Shown in pieces: positions 30,330-39,937 of a stretch of 64,000 nt of DNA. Numbering within the stretch: the first letter of the stretch is position 1; every line of letters begins with the position of its first letter. Position numbers and translations under genes: made by a program. The notes beneath the pieces were generated by a model. It was not told the DNA's origin, did no database searches, and saw only the letters and a list, made by a program, of their open reading frames with translations. The DNA comes from an uncultured Desulfobacter sp. (lineage in GTDB: Bacteria > Desulfobacterota > Desulfobacteria > Desulfobacterales > Desulfobacteraceae). The stretch spans positions 640,001-704,000 of the forward strand of contig OY762069.1 in the NCBI GenBank assembly GCA_963665095.1, in the 5' to 3' direction.

Positions 30330-32495
30330 ATGCAAATGAAAAGCATTGAAACAAAAACAAGTAAATTTATGAATCAGGCCATTGAGATCCATCCTGATAA
30401 TCCGGATTGGAAAAACAAAGGGAACAGGGTGCGTGTTCTGTTTATCGCAGTGAACATTACAGGGTACTACAGCCTTCCGGTAAGAATTCATACCCTGATG
30501 CTCAGCCGTGATCCACAGTTCATGGAAAATTTTGATTTCAGATTTATTGAATTTGAGAATATAGAACCCGTTGATCGTCTGTTCCGGGTGACCAACGGAC
30601 TTTGTCCTGATATCATAGGTTTTTCTGTCAATATCTGGAACCGGGATATCTGTTTTCAACTTGCTGAGCGGCTGAAAACTGCCAACCCCCGTATTAAATG
30701 CATTGCGGGCGGCCAGGAGATGACCAATTCAACCGTTGATTATCTGAGCAGCCATCCTGAGATCGATTACATTATTGACGGGGAAGGAGAGATCCCACTG
30801 ACCCAGTTTTTGGCAAACTGGGATGCCGATCAACTTGATATACATGCGCCTGAAACGGTTTCAGGGCTTCATTACAGAAAAAACGGCACCCATGCTTTTA
30901 CAGGTCCTGCTCAGCTCGTGGACAGTCTCGACGATATCCCGTCCCCTATATTGTCCGGCCTGATTAACCCTGAAATCAGATACAGATTAGGCACCATGAT
31001 TGAAGGAACACGGGGGTGTCCGTTTAAATGCAGTTTTTGTTTTGAAGGCGGAGAAAAAAGAAAAGTAAGAACCGCATCCCTGGCGCGTATCAAAGAAGAA
31101 ATTGAATTTATGGCATCAAGAGGTGTGAAGTTTTTTCACCTTATGGATCCCATTTTATGCAACAGCAGCCCGGCCAGACTGAAAGAACTCGCCCGGTTTT
31201 TTGACAAAATGAATGCGCAGTATAAAGATATCGTGGTCTCTGTGGAAGCCTATGCCCACCATATTACCCTTGAAGTGGCCCAGTGCCTGAAAAACTTTCG
31301 CCTGATTGATATTGGGCTTCAAACGGTGAACCCTGAGACGGCAAAAGCCATTCACCGGCCGTGGCAGCCTGAAAAATTTAAAGCAGGGCTGGATTTTTTA
31401 AGGCAGGTCAAAGCACGGTTTACCATTTATTTAATCTGCGGGCTTCCCCACGAAACACTTGAGTCATTCATTGAAGGCATGTGTGTGGTCATCAATGAAA
31501 ATCCCTCCCAGCTTTTTTTTAATGAATTACTGCTGCTCAATGGCACCGAGCTTCGCAGAAGAGCGGTGGAGTATGGATACGTTTATGATGAGGCGCCGCC
31601 TTATCAGGTACACGCCAATCTGTGGATGAATAAAACCCAGCTCAGACTTGCCAACCTGATCGCAAAAGATGTTGAAAAGCGATATAACTTCTCTGCCAGA
31701 GCGGTTCATGCCAATTCTCCATGGGTTCCCGCAATTGCGGAAAGGTTTGACCATGCTGTTAAGATGGTTCCGGGAACCAGCTGCTCACAGAACTGTCCCG
31801 GATGCAGTCGGTCTGAAAATCAGACGGCCACGTTTTTCAATGATGCTGTCCTGTCACAATTAAACAGCACGGCAAACCGGGATATTGAAATTATCCTTGG
31901 TGACAGGTTTGAAAAAAATGACCTTCTCAAACTTATTGGCCAGCTGGTGCTGGCGGGCAGTGCCCGAATTAAGCTGGCAGCTCCGGTTCAGATTTTTGCC
32001 GATAGAGAGTGGCTCGAATTACTTGTAAACAGAGGTGTCTGGCATTTTAAGACCTTTATATCCGTACCGGATGATGCCGAATCCACAGATCTGCCAGCCA
32101 TGGTGGAAAATTTCATGAAGCAGCTGGAACATTTCAGTACACCTGTTGATTTAAGGGGGTATGCTTCTATATCACCACATATCGAACTGGTGGTTCTGTA
32201 CCACGATAATATGGATCAAAGTATGTTTTCACAGATTGCTTCCCTGGCGGCACGGACATACATATCTGTTATTACGGTGCCGTCCGATATCATGGACAGC
32301 AAAGGCCAAAGCTGGGAAGACGCGCTTTCGGACATGATCCGGATGGGTATGGACAAAGACACCTGGATTAAACTGCCACGGGGGATATGGCAGACCTATT
32401 TTTCAGATGAGCAGGTGGATACATCTGTTATCACTTCATTGGAAGAACTGGAAATGGTAAGTGCTGAGATTAATCAGCCCCCCTGCTTTGAATAA
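30330..32495 (+). CDS. Cobalamin-binding radical SAM protein with a C-terminal extension bearing a second CxxxCxxC
   Basis: B12 domain (DIIGFSVNIWN, AGGQE, DGEGE), RGCPFKCSFC, IGLQT, LICGLPHET; later CSQNCPGC. Confidence 0.9.
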   Translation: MQMKSIETKTSKFMNQAIEIHPDNPDWKNKGNRVRVLFIAVNITGYYSLPVRIHTLMLSRDPQFMENFDFRFIEFENIEPVDRLFRVTNGLCPDIIGFSVNIWNRDICFQLAERLKTANPRIKCIAGGQEMTNSTVDYLSSHPEIDYIIDGEGEIPLTQFLANWDADQLDIHAPETVSGLHYRKNGTHAFTGPAQLVDSLDDIPSPILSGLINPEIRYRLGTMIEGTRGCPFKCSFCFEGGEKRKVRTASLARIKEEIEFMASRGVKFFHLMDPILCNSSPARLKELARFFDKMNAQYKDIVVSVEAYAHHITLEVAQCLKNFRLIDIGLQTVNPETAKAIHRPWQPEKFKAGLDFLRQVKARFTIYLICGLPHETLESFIEGMCVVINENPSQLFFNELLLLNGTELRRRAVEYGYVYDEAPPYQVHANLWMNKTQLRLANLIAKDVEKRYNFSARAVHANSPWVPAIAERFDHAVKMVPGTSCSQNCPGCSRSENQTATFFNDAVLSQLNSTANRDIEIILGDRFEKNDLLKLIGQLVLAGSARIKLAAPVQIFADREWLELLVNRGVWHFKTFISVPDDAESTDLPAMVENFMKQLEHFSTPVDLRGYASISPHIELVVLYHDNMDQSMFSQIASLAARTYISVITVPSDIMDSKGQSWEDALSDMIRMGMDKDTWIKLPRGIWQTYFSDEQVDTSVITSLEELEMVSAEINQPPCFE

Positions 32496-32527
32496 ATGTA
32501 AATTTTTTGCATGAGAAAGGAATAGTT

Positions 32528-33511
32528 TTGGCAAATATTCTGATAACCAATCATTGTGTGAGGAAATGTACCTTTTGTTTTGCCCGATCCCGAATCGGTC
32601 AGTCGGCGGATACCCAAAAGGCAAGCCATATGTCTTTGGAGAACATACATAAGGTTATGGATTTCCTGGATAAGACAGATGATGATCAGCTCCGGCTTCT
32701 TGGCGGGGAGCCCACACTGCACCCGGAATTCATACGTATTGTTCAAGAGGGGATAGAGAGAAATTTTTATGTCCATATTTTTTCAAACTGCATGATGCCC
32801 AATCGTGTTGTTGATTTTCTTAAAACCGTGCCGGACAATAAATTATCCATTCTTGCAAACGTGTCTCCCCAGGAAAGCGATACCCCGGAACAAAAAAAAC
32901 GGGTGGAACGTACACTTGAACAACTGGGAAAAAAAATAACGGTCGGCATTACAGTGACAGCACCGGAGTTTGAGTATCAATTTCTCTTTGACCTGATAAA
33001 TAAATATAATTTGCGGCGCCGGATCCGGGTCGGCATTGCCCAGCCCATTGTCGGCATCTCAAATGAATTTCTGCCGCCCTCAAAGTACCGGGAAACAGGC
33101 AAGGCACTTGTAAAGATGGCCCTTGACAGCTATGAGCGCGACATGCTTATCGGCTTTGACTGCGGTCTTACCCAGTGTATGTTTTCTGAAATGGAAATTG
33201 GTATTCTGGCAAAGAAAAGCGAAGGATTCAGTATGGTTTGCGACCCCATTATTGATATTGGACCTGAGCTTGATGTCTGGCATTGTTTTCCTTTGTGTGA
33301 AGTTCTCAACACGAAACTGGATATGTTCAGAACCAGAAATCATATTGCAAAATTTTATAATAGCCGGTTAATGCCTTATAAAACATTTGGGTGCATGCCT
33401 GAATGCCGATCATGCGTTCATCTTCACCAGGGAACTTGTACCGGAGGGTGTATAGCCCATGCCATCAACTCGTTTAATCAGAAACCACCAGCAAGAATTG
33501 ATGCCGGTTAA
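32528..33511 (+). CDS. Radical SAM protein with a SPASM/twitch domain
   Basis: TNHCVRKCTFCFA, LLGGEPTLHP; C-terminal C...VWHCFP...CRSC...CTGGC; TTG start after SD 'aaagga'. Confidence 0.9.
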   Translation: MANILITNHCVRKCTFCFARSRIGQSADTQKASHMSLENIHKVMDFLDKTDDDQLRLLGGEPTLHPEFIRIVQEGIERNFYVHIFSNCMMPNRVVDFLKTVPDNKLSILANVSPQESDTPEQKKRVERTLEQLGKKITVGITVTAPEFEYQFLFDLINKYNLRRRIRVGIAQPIVGISNEFLPPSKYRETGKALVKMALDSYERDMLIGFDCGLTQCMFSEMEIGILAKKSEGFSMVCDPIIDIGPELDVWHCFPLCEVLNTKLDMFRTRNHIAKFYNSRLMPYKTFGCMPECRSCVHLHQGTCTGGCIAHAINSFNQKPPARIDAG

Positions 33512-33556
33512 AGCGATCAATTGGGACCCAAAAAGCTGGTTCACGGTGGTGATCAT

Positions 33557-35662
33557 TTAACATAGCTGTATGGTTCTGGTATACAAACGCCGTCTGAATC
33601 TGCTTGGCCTGCTGTCCTTTAGAATACATGACCACGGCAGCACAAGACGGCTGAGATATTTTTTTAAAAAAAACGGTTCAATAAGTTTCAGACCTTGTTC
33701 CGGAACTTTGCCCTGAACGGTTTTCTGCACACAGAACAGGAAATGTGCCAGAGCAGCCTCGTGTTTCCCTGGCCGTGCATGCTTTTGTATCCATTCCCAA
33801 TCTATCTTTTCGCTGTCTTTTTCAAGTATCTGGCGGATATCCACCATTCTGAGCATCCTGTCAAAATGATGTTCCCATATTGCATGAAGGCAGGAAGACA
33901 AGAAAAGATGGTTCACATTCAGACAGTTAATTTCAGTGCCTTGAAGGGAAATCTTTACCGCAGAGTCAAGACAGTTTTTAAACCTAAAAAGAGACGCCTG
34001 GTTTCCGGGCAACATGGGATAGGCATCCCAGTGAATTTCCACTGTTATGCCATTTTTTTGAAATGGCAGCTCTCCTTTGCCCATCCAGTAATCCCTTGTG
34101 CCGAATGGTATTGGTTTATACCCGTTCGCAGTTAAAAGAGATTCGATTTCCGGGATGCTTTGGGTATGGCAGACAATATCTATATCCCGACTGTGCCGCT
34201 GCCAGGGATGGGGATAATAGTTCGAGGCGAATCCCGGGCCCCTGAGGAATAAAAAATCGTGTTGCTGCTCTGTCAGCAGACAATGAACATGAACCGTCTC
34301 TTTACAAAGCTTCACATAACGATTCTTTGCATCGGACATAATTTTTTCAGCATCTACCCATAAAGGAATAGACTGCCCAGCTCTGGATTCTGCCATCCAT
34401 TTGGCGGCAAAGGGTTCCAGCCTGTGATACGTTACCAGATCCCAGATTCTGTGGAAAACAGCAGGGGTGTCCATGTTCACGGCAGGCATTGATTCTTCGG
34501 TTTCAGATGATCCCAGAGAAAAGTCAAGCATATGGTGAAACCATTGAACAGTATCCATGGAATCCATTTTTGCTGATGCGCTGTTACTGGACGGGTGGCC
34601 TGGTTTTTGGTTGTGCTTTTTTTTTGTGGCTGTAAAGGAGAAACCAAATCTGCCTTTGGCTGCCTGACTGGCCAGCCACTCACCTAACTTCACAGGATCG
34701 TTGCCTGTATTGAGTCTATAGATGCTGCACTTTTCTATCAGCCCCCACAGAATTTCCATGCTTTTATCATTTTTTTTTGCCTCATGGGCAAATGTATGAC
34801 CTTTCATCAGAACGGGCAGGCTTTCATGGAGTTCAAGTCTGTTTAAACTGGGGCCTTTTTTTGTGATCCGTGGGATGAGCAGTGCTTTTACAATCCCCTG
34901 GCCGGCCATGCCGTCCTTTTGAAAAATCTGGATCGGGTCCACAGGCGTTTTATAATCCCCTGATCGCTCTTTTTTCAGTTTTATAAAGTCAAGCTCAGGA
35001 AAGAATTCAATGGTTTTCTGTGTCAGGTTCACCTGTTTTGCAATGCCCTCAACAATAATGCCACGTTCTGACACGGACAGGGTAACCAGATCATCAGAAA
35101 TAAAGTGAAATCCTTCACGGGTCAAGGAAATCGTTGTGGACGTTTTGCCACCGCCGCTGTCTGCAATGATCAAAATCGCATCCCCTGCCGGGGATACAAC
35201 ACAACCGGCATGTAGCAGGGCTTTCCCTTGAATTAAGAGTAACTCTCTGAGCGCTGGAATCAGGACTGTGTTAAAGAGTAACGGGCTTTTTCCTGTTTCT
35301 TCGGGCACTTCAGTCACAACCAAAAGATCTGTATACGGCGCCAGTGAAACAGCAAACGCGCTGAGCTCAGCGCCCTTTAAAATAACAACAAAGCCATATT
35401 CTTTATTGTATTCGATATAGGGGTCTTCACCAGGGTCCATTTTCAAATAAATATGTTGCACCCATTCCGGCATTGCGCTGATAAACGCATTGCCTTTTTC
35501 CAAGGTCATTTTGATATCAATTCCCCGGTCTGTCTCCGGGATACGATTTAAAATGAACATCTTGTTAACAGGCCCTGTAAGTATTTCCGGAGGCGAGATG
35601 AAACGCAAGTTCAGGCCGGCCCAGCTATAGCAGAAAATGTCACTTATATTTTTAGATTCCAT
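33557..35662 (-). CDS. Fusion of an HPr-kinase-like domain and a nucleotidyltransferase (NTP_transf_5) domain
   Basis: N-half LLHAGCV...IIADSGGGKTS...ISDDL; C-half LRGPGF...YPHPWQRHSRDIDI, VEIHW, CLHAIWEH, MVDI. Confidence 0.85.
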   Translation of the reverse strand: MESKNISDIFCYSWAGLNLRFISPPEILTGPVNKMFILNRIPETDRGIDIKMTLEKGNAFISAMPEWVQHIYLKMDPGEDPYIEYNKEYGFVVILKGAELSAFAVSLAPYTDLLVVTEVPEETGKSPLLFNTVLIPALRELLLIQGKALLHAGCVVSPAGDAILIIADSGGGKTSTTISLTREGFHFISDDLVTLSVSERGIIVEGIAKQVNLTQKTIEFFPELDFIKLKKERSGDYKTPVDPIQIFQKDGMAGQGIVKALLIPRITKKGPSLNRLELHESLPVLMKGHTFAHEAKKNDKSMEILWGLIEKCSIYRLNTGNDPVKLGEWLASQAAKGRFGFSFTATKKKHNQKPGHPSSNSASAKMDSMDTVQWFHHMLDFSLGSSETEESMPAVNMDTPAVFHRIWDLVTYHRLEPFAAKWMAESRAGQSIPLWVDAEKIMSDAKNRYVKLCKETVHVHCLLTEQQHDFLFLRGPGFASNYYPHPWQRHSRDIDIVCHTQSIPEIESLLTANGYKPIPFGTRDYWMGKGELPFQKNGITVEIHWDAYPMLPGNQASLFRFKNCLDSAVKISLQGTEINCLNVNHLFLSSCLHAIWEHHFDRMLRMVDIRQILEKDSEKIDWEWIQKHARPGKHEAALAHFLFCVQKTVQGKVPEQGLKLIEPFFLKKYLSRLVLPWSCILKDSRPSRFRRRLYTRTIQLC

Positions 35663-35679
35663 TATAATATTCCATGGCG

Positions 35680-37572
35680 TTAAAAATAGGTTTCCAGCCA
35701 TATGGCAATGGATATCAGACCAATAAAAAGATCCCTGTCCATTGGTACGCCGCATCGGTATAAGGTGTACATTTGCTGAATCCCGGCAGGATCAAATAGT
35801 CCGGAATCCGCTAATGTGTCAGAAAAAAGTTTGGACTCAATGAATTGTGCACTATCTTCCTGAATCCACTGGGCATACGGAACCGTTCCCCCGAAACCTA
35901 TTTTGGTACATTTCAATGTTGTGTCAGGCAACCTGTCCGCCATGGCTTTTTTAAATATATTTTTTGATATTGGCTGGTGCAGGTTGTCCCCTATTTTTAA
36001 CCTGGCGGGGATTCTTGCGGCCAGTTCAACCATGTTAACATCAAGAAATGGGGAGCGTATTTCAACGCCATGGGCCATTCCCATCCGGTCGTTTATTTCT
36101 GAAAAACTGTATTGACTGACGCAGTTCAGGTGCTGGGCAAACAACCCGTCGAAAAGATTATCAGCACCGCTGTCCAGGTATGCGCTGGCACAAATGTCAG
36201 ACGGCGTGTTCTCTTGGCAGATTTCCAGCATAGCGTCAGTATATATTTTTTTTTGAATGTCCAGGTGATTGTATCGAAGGGCGGGGAAAGCCCGTTCCGG
36301 ATGACACCCGGCGCGCTTCCCTATAATTTCAAGTGCAAATTTTTCATCTTTTGTAAGGCCCTTTTCGGGGAGTGCCAGGGCGCCTTTGGCATTCGTCCAT
36401 TTCCCAAGATAATGATCCCAAAGATGCATCAGTGCATGGTCATTGTACCCTCCGAACAACTCGTCTCCCCCTGCACCGCAAAATGCCACTTTAACACTTT
36501 TCCCTATTTCCTGTGACAGCAGGTAGGCATCCATGGGAACAGGGGTGGCAATGGGTTCCCCATGATGACGGATTACCTCTTTCATTACAGAAAAATTGTC
36601 AGACCGGATGTTATATTCAAAATGCCTTGTCTGGTATCTGTCTGCTATCTGTCTTGCAGAAAGGGTTTCCTGGACATTTGCCGGGGTCTCTTCCTGTGCG
36701 CTGATACGAAAAGTTGGAAAGTCTTTGAGCGCTCTGCTCATGGAGGCCACAACCGCGCTGGAGTCAATGCCGCCGGATAACAGCGCGCCAACCGGGGTGT
36801 CAGACCGGCACATAAGAGAAACAGTCTGATCAAAACAGTTTCTGATCTCTTCAATGCACTCTTGTTCATCAGAAAGCCGGCTTGACGGGTCAAAGGTGCA
36901 GGACCAGTATTGGGTCAATTCAGCACGGTCATATGAAATTTCAATATAGTGGGCCGGAGGAAGTTTTTTGATATCCTTGAAAGCAGTTTTCGGCGCGATG
37001 GGATGCATAAAAGACATTGCCAGATTAATCCCCACAGGATCAATTCGTCTCGGAACTTCCGGGCATGAAAGAATCGCTGGAATTTCAGAGGCAAAAATAA
37101 ATTTATGGCTGTCTTCAAAATAATAAAGGGGTTTTTCTCCCATTCTGTCCCGGGCAATGAACAGTTTGCGGGTCTTCTGGTCCCAAATGGCAAATGCATA
37201 CATACCTCTGAGTAACGAGAGACATTGAGCCCCGGTTCGTTTATACAGCAGTAAGACAACTTCTGTATCACTTTGGGTGGCAAAGGACTCTCCCTGCCGG
37301 ATAAGCTGTTCCCGAAGTGAGCGAAAATTATAGATCTCTCCGTTAAAGGCGATGGTAAAACGGCCACAGGGTGAGGTCATGGGCTGATCAGAACGTGGTA
37401 CCGGATCCATAATGGCCAGACGGTTTACGCCTAATGCAATAGGGCTTTGGGTGAATGTTCCCTGGCTGTCCGGGCCCCGATGCGCTATGGCCTGAAGCAT
37501 GATTTCCAACTCTTTTTGAAGGGTGTTGCTCTCCTTGCTGTTTCTCTGAAAAATTCCCGCAATTCCGCACAT
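35680..37572 (-). CDS. Asparagine synthetase B-like glutamine amidotransferase
   Basis: MCGIAG (Ntn Cys), FNGEIYN, ARDRMGEKPLY, LLSGGIDSS, GGDELFGGY, EIRSPFLD. Confidence 0.93.
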   Translation of the reverse strand: MCGIAGIFQRNSKESNTLQKELEIMLQAIAHRGPDSQGTFTQSPIALGVNRLAIMDPVPRSDQPMTSPCGRFTIAFNGEIYNFRSLREQLIRQGESFATQSDTEVVLLLYKRTGAQCLSLLRGMYAFAIWDQKTRKLFIARDRMGEKPLYYFEDSHKFIFASEIPAILSCPEVPRRIDPVGINLAMSFMHPIAPKTAFKDIKKLPPAHYIEISYDRAELTQYWSCTFDPSSRLSDEQECIEEIRNCFDQTVSLMCRSDTPVGALLSGGIDSSAVVASMSRALKDFPTFRISAQEETPANVQETLSARQIADRYQTRHFEYNIRSDNFSVMKEVIRHHGEPIATPVPMDAYLLSQEIGKSVKVAFCGAGGDELFGGYNDHALMHLWDHYLGKWTNAKGALALPEKGLTKDEKFALEIIGKRAGCHPERAFPALRYNHLDIQKKIYTDAMLEICQENTPSDICASAYLDSGADNLFDGLFAQHLNCVSQYSFSEINDRMGMAHGVEIRSPFLDVNMVELAARIPARLKIGDNLHQPISKNIFKKAMADRLPDTTLKCTKIGFGGTVPYAQWIQEDSAQFIESKLFSDTLADSGLFDPAGIQQMYTLYRCGVPMDRDLFIGLISIAIWLETYF

Positions 37573-37831
37573 ACGCCAGCGCCTTTGATTTGATTACACC
37601 TGAAAACAGTTTGCCTCTCGTTAGCACAATAAGATATAGCGGTCAACGACAAACCTGCTCCCCTGAGCCACCATCAAGGCACACTTGTAAAGGCTGCCAG
37701 TGATTATTCCGGCAAATTGACTGAAAGTCAGACCTGTGTACGGCACCTCTTTATTTAATCATTCAAACACGGCACAGTTAGTTTGCAAGTTAGATGAATA
37801 TGGGGGCTATATGACAATGGCCTGTCAAGAA

Positions 37832-39625
37832 TCAGGTATCACACGAATCAATATGTGGTTTGAGTTCAGGCATTTTCTCCATGGTGTACTCATACCCGAT
37901 ATCAATGATCTCTTTTGCATTGTTATAGGCTGTTAAAGGGAAATGGGAAACCGGCAGCTCAAGGTAATAATCTGCCAGCGACATAATACGCTTGCGCTGG
38001 GCAAGGCCGCCGATCTGGTTGGCATAGGTCAGAATGGATTTCAGGCCGGGCATGGCGGATGACTTTTTATTAAACCGGGACTTGATGACATCCCAGTTGT
38101 TGAGCGCTGTGGTCTGGGGGTCCACACAGATGTCCTCTTTAATGTCAACATCCAGGGCAATGATGGTGCCGTTGCCCCGCCGCCGTTCAAGGGCGGTGCC
38201 CAGCCGCCCGCGCATGGCCTGAACCGGGACGTTTTCCAGAATGGCCCCGTCCACCATCAACTGGCCGTCTTTTATTACGGGGGGCAAAAGGCCTGCCGGA
38301 GAATTGCTGGCCAGAACCGCCTGCCACAAGGGGCCTGAATCAATGACGGTAGTGTCGGCACGGCTTAAGTTGCAGGCGGCTGAAAAATAGGTCATCCAGA
38401 TATTTTGTACCTGTGTATCCCCAAAAATTTTTCTAAGCGACTTTTCATAATTCCTGCCGGAAAAAATGGATACAATGGGAAGGTCTAATTTGATGATGCC
38501 TTTGGTAAATTTCAGGATGGTACTGTGAATCTCTTCTCTGGGAATCCCAAAGGCATAGAATGCCCCGATAAGGGCGCCCATACTGTTACCGCCTAAAAGA
38601 TCCACTGGAATGCCGTTCTCTTCAAATGCTTTTAATGCACCTAAATGGGCAAAGCCCCTGGCTCCGCCGCCACCGAGCACGATGCCGACGGCCTTGCCCA
38701 CTAGAAACCGGGCAATGCGCTGGTAATCGGACAGATCCTCCGGGCTTGCCGGATATACGCGCTCCACATCCCTGGGATGCTGCCATGCCAGTTTGTCATC
38801 ACACAGGCTTGATTTGCCAGGGTGAAGAACAATGAGATGTTTCCTCATCAGCCGGGTACCGGGGTCATTGGCAAGAAGTATTTCAACCGGTGACAACTCC
38901 TTTCCTGAGCCTGCGTCCGCCACAAAAAGTATTTGATCCGCATGCTTGAAGTTTTCAAGCGGTGAGTTTGTATCAGATAGCCGGACCTGATAAACAAGAA
39001 AATCGTTTTCTGCTTCCAGGGCATCAATGTTCAGATGTTCACCAGAGAATGTAGTTTCCAGCAGGACGTGGCGGGCCCTGCCCATATCTGAAAATGCAAG
39101 GGTCAGATTATGGGTGACCCGGTCGGCATCCACGCTGTCTGTCAGCGGAATAACGACAAATGAGTGGGCCCGTTTCTGGCTTTCCACCCTTCGGGCATGG
39201 CGCAGGTGATTGTATATGGCCTGGGAAAAAACACGGTTTATTTCCACCGGATATTTTTTAAGCAGAGACTCGAAATCTTTTTTTAAAAGAACGCCCAGGA
39301 CCGATGTTCTTAAGGCTGTAATATCCGCAGCCCTTTGCTGGTCCAGGATCACCCCTAACTCCCCGACGATTTCACCAGGCAGAATCTCATTGAACAGCAT
39401 GATATTGCCGTCTTTGCCCTGCCTTGATACTCTTAACCTGCCGGAAACCAGTATGAAAAGAGAGTCTACATTATCCCCTTCAGATATCACCTGGGTGCCG
39501 CCTGCCACCTCTCGGATCTGAAGCGTGTCAACCAGTTCGTTTAAAACCGGGTCGGGAAGTTTTCGGAATTCCAGACCAACTTTAAGCAACTCCACAATCT
39601 GATCTTTGTAAAACTTCATTTCCAC
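37832..39625 (-). CDS. Cyclic-nucleotide-binding patatin-like phospholipase (NTE/RssA-like)
   Basis: cNMP domain (GEIVGELG..QRAADI), GGGGARGFAH, GNSMG, VDGA. Confidence 0.92.
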   Translation of the reverse strand: MEMKFYKDQIVELLKVGLEFRKLPDPVLNELVDTLQIREVAGGTQVISEGDNVDSLFILVSGRLRVSRQGKDGNIMLFNEILPGEIVGELGVILDQQRAADITALRTSVLGVLLKKDFESLLKKYPVEINRVFSQAIYNHLRHARRVESQKRAHSFVVIPLTDSVDADRVTHNLTLAFSDMGRARHVLLETTFSGEHLNIDALEAENDFLVYQVRLSDTNSPLENFKHADQILFVADAGSGKELSPVEILLANDPGTRLMRKHLIVLHPGKSSLCDDKLAWQHPRDVERVYPASPEDLSDYQRIARFLVGKAVGIVLGGGGARGFAHLGALKAFEENGIPVDLLGGNSMGALIGAFYAFGIPREEIHSTILKFTKGIIKLDLPIVSIFSGRNYEKSLRKIFGDTQVQNIWMTYFSAACNLSRADTTVIDSGPLWQAVLASNSPAGLLPPVIKDGQLMVDGAILENVPVQAMRGRLGTALERRRGNGTIIALDVDIKEDICVDPQTTALNNWDVIKSRFNKKSSAMPGLKSILTYANQIGGLAQRKRIMSLADYYLELPVSHFPLTAYNNAKEIIDIGYEYTMEKMPELKPHIDSCDT

Positions 39626-39937
39626 CTCAAAAATTGCACCATCTGGCAGGGCCGAATGGCGGCAGACAAAACTTTATGAACGAAATAACAGGCAACCAGT
39701 TGACTGCCTGCACTCTGTTATCGTAGAATTCGCTTTAAGAAATTCTGCGACAGGCTGTATTGCGGGGTTATGCAGTCAGGCACTGTTTGGGACTATTTTT
39801 CATGTAGCCCAAAGTGAAGTAAAGTGTATCATAGATTTAAATAAAGATGAACCTGGCCGACTTTTTTTTCAACACATGGCATTGCTGTCAGACGGTAAAT
39901 TTCGGGTGCATCCCAAAGAAAACAGGATATCAAGAAG

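Noticed and set aside
24456..37572. Calling the cluster a canonical lasso peptide BGC
   Set aside because: The only precursor found has no Asp/Glu in the predicted core and is too short to thread, and the AsnB homolog keeps its glutaminase Cys
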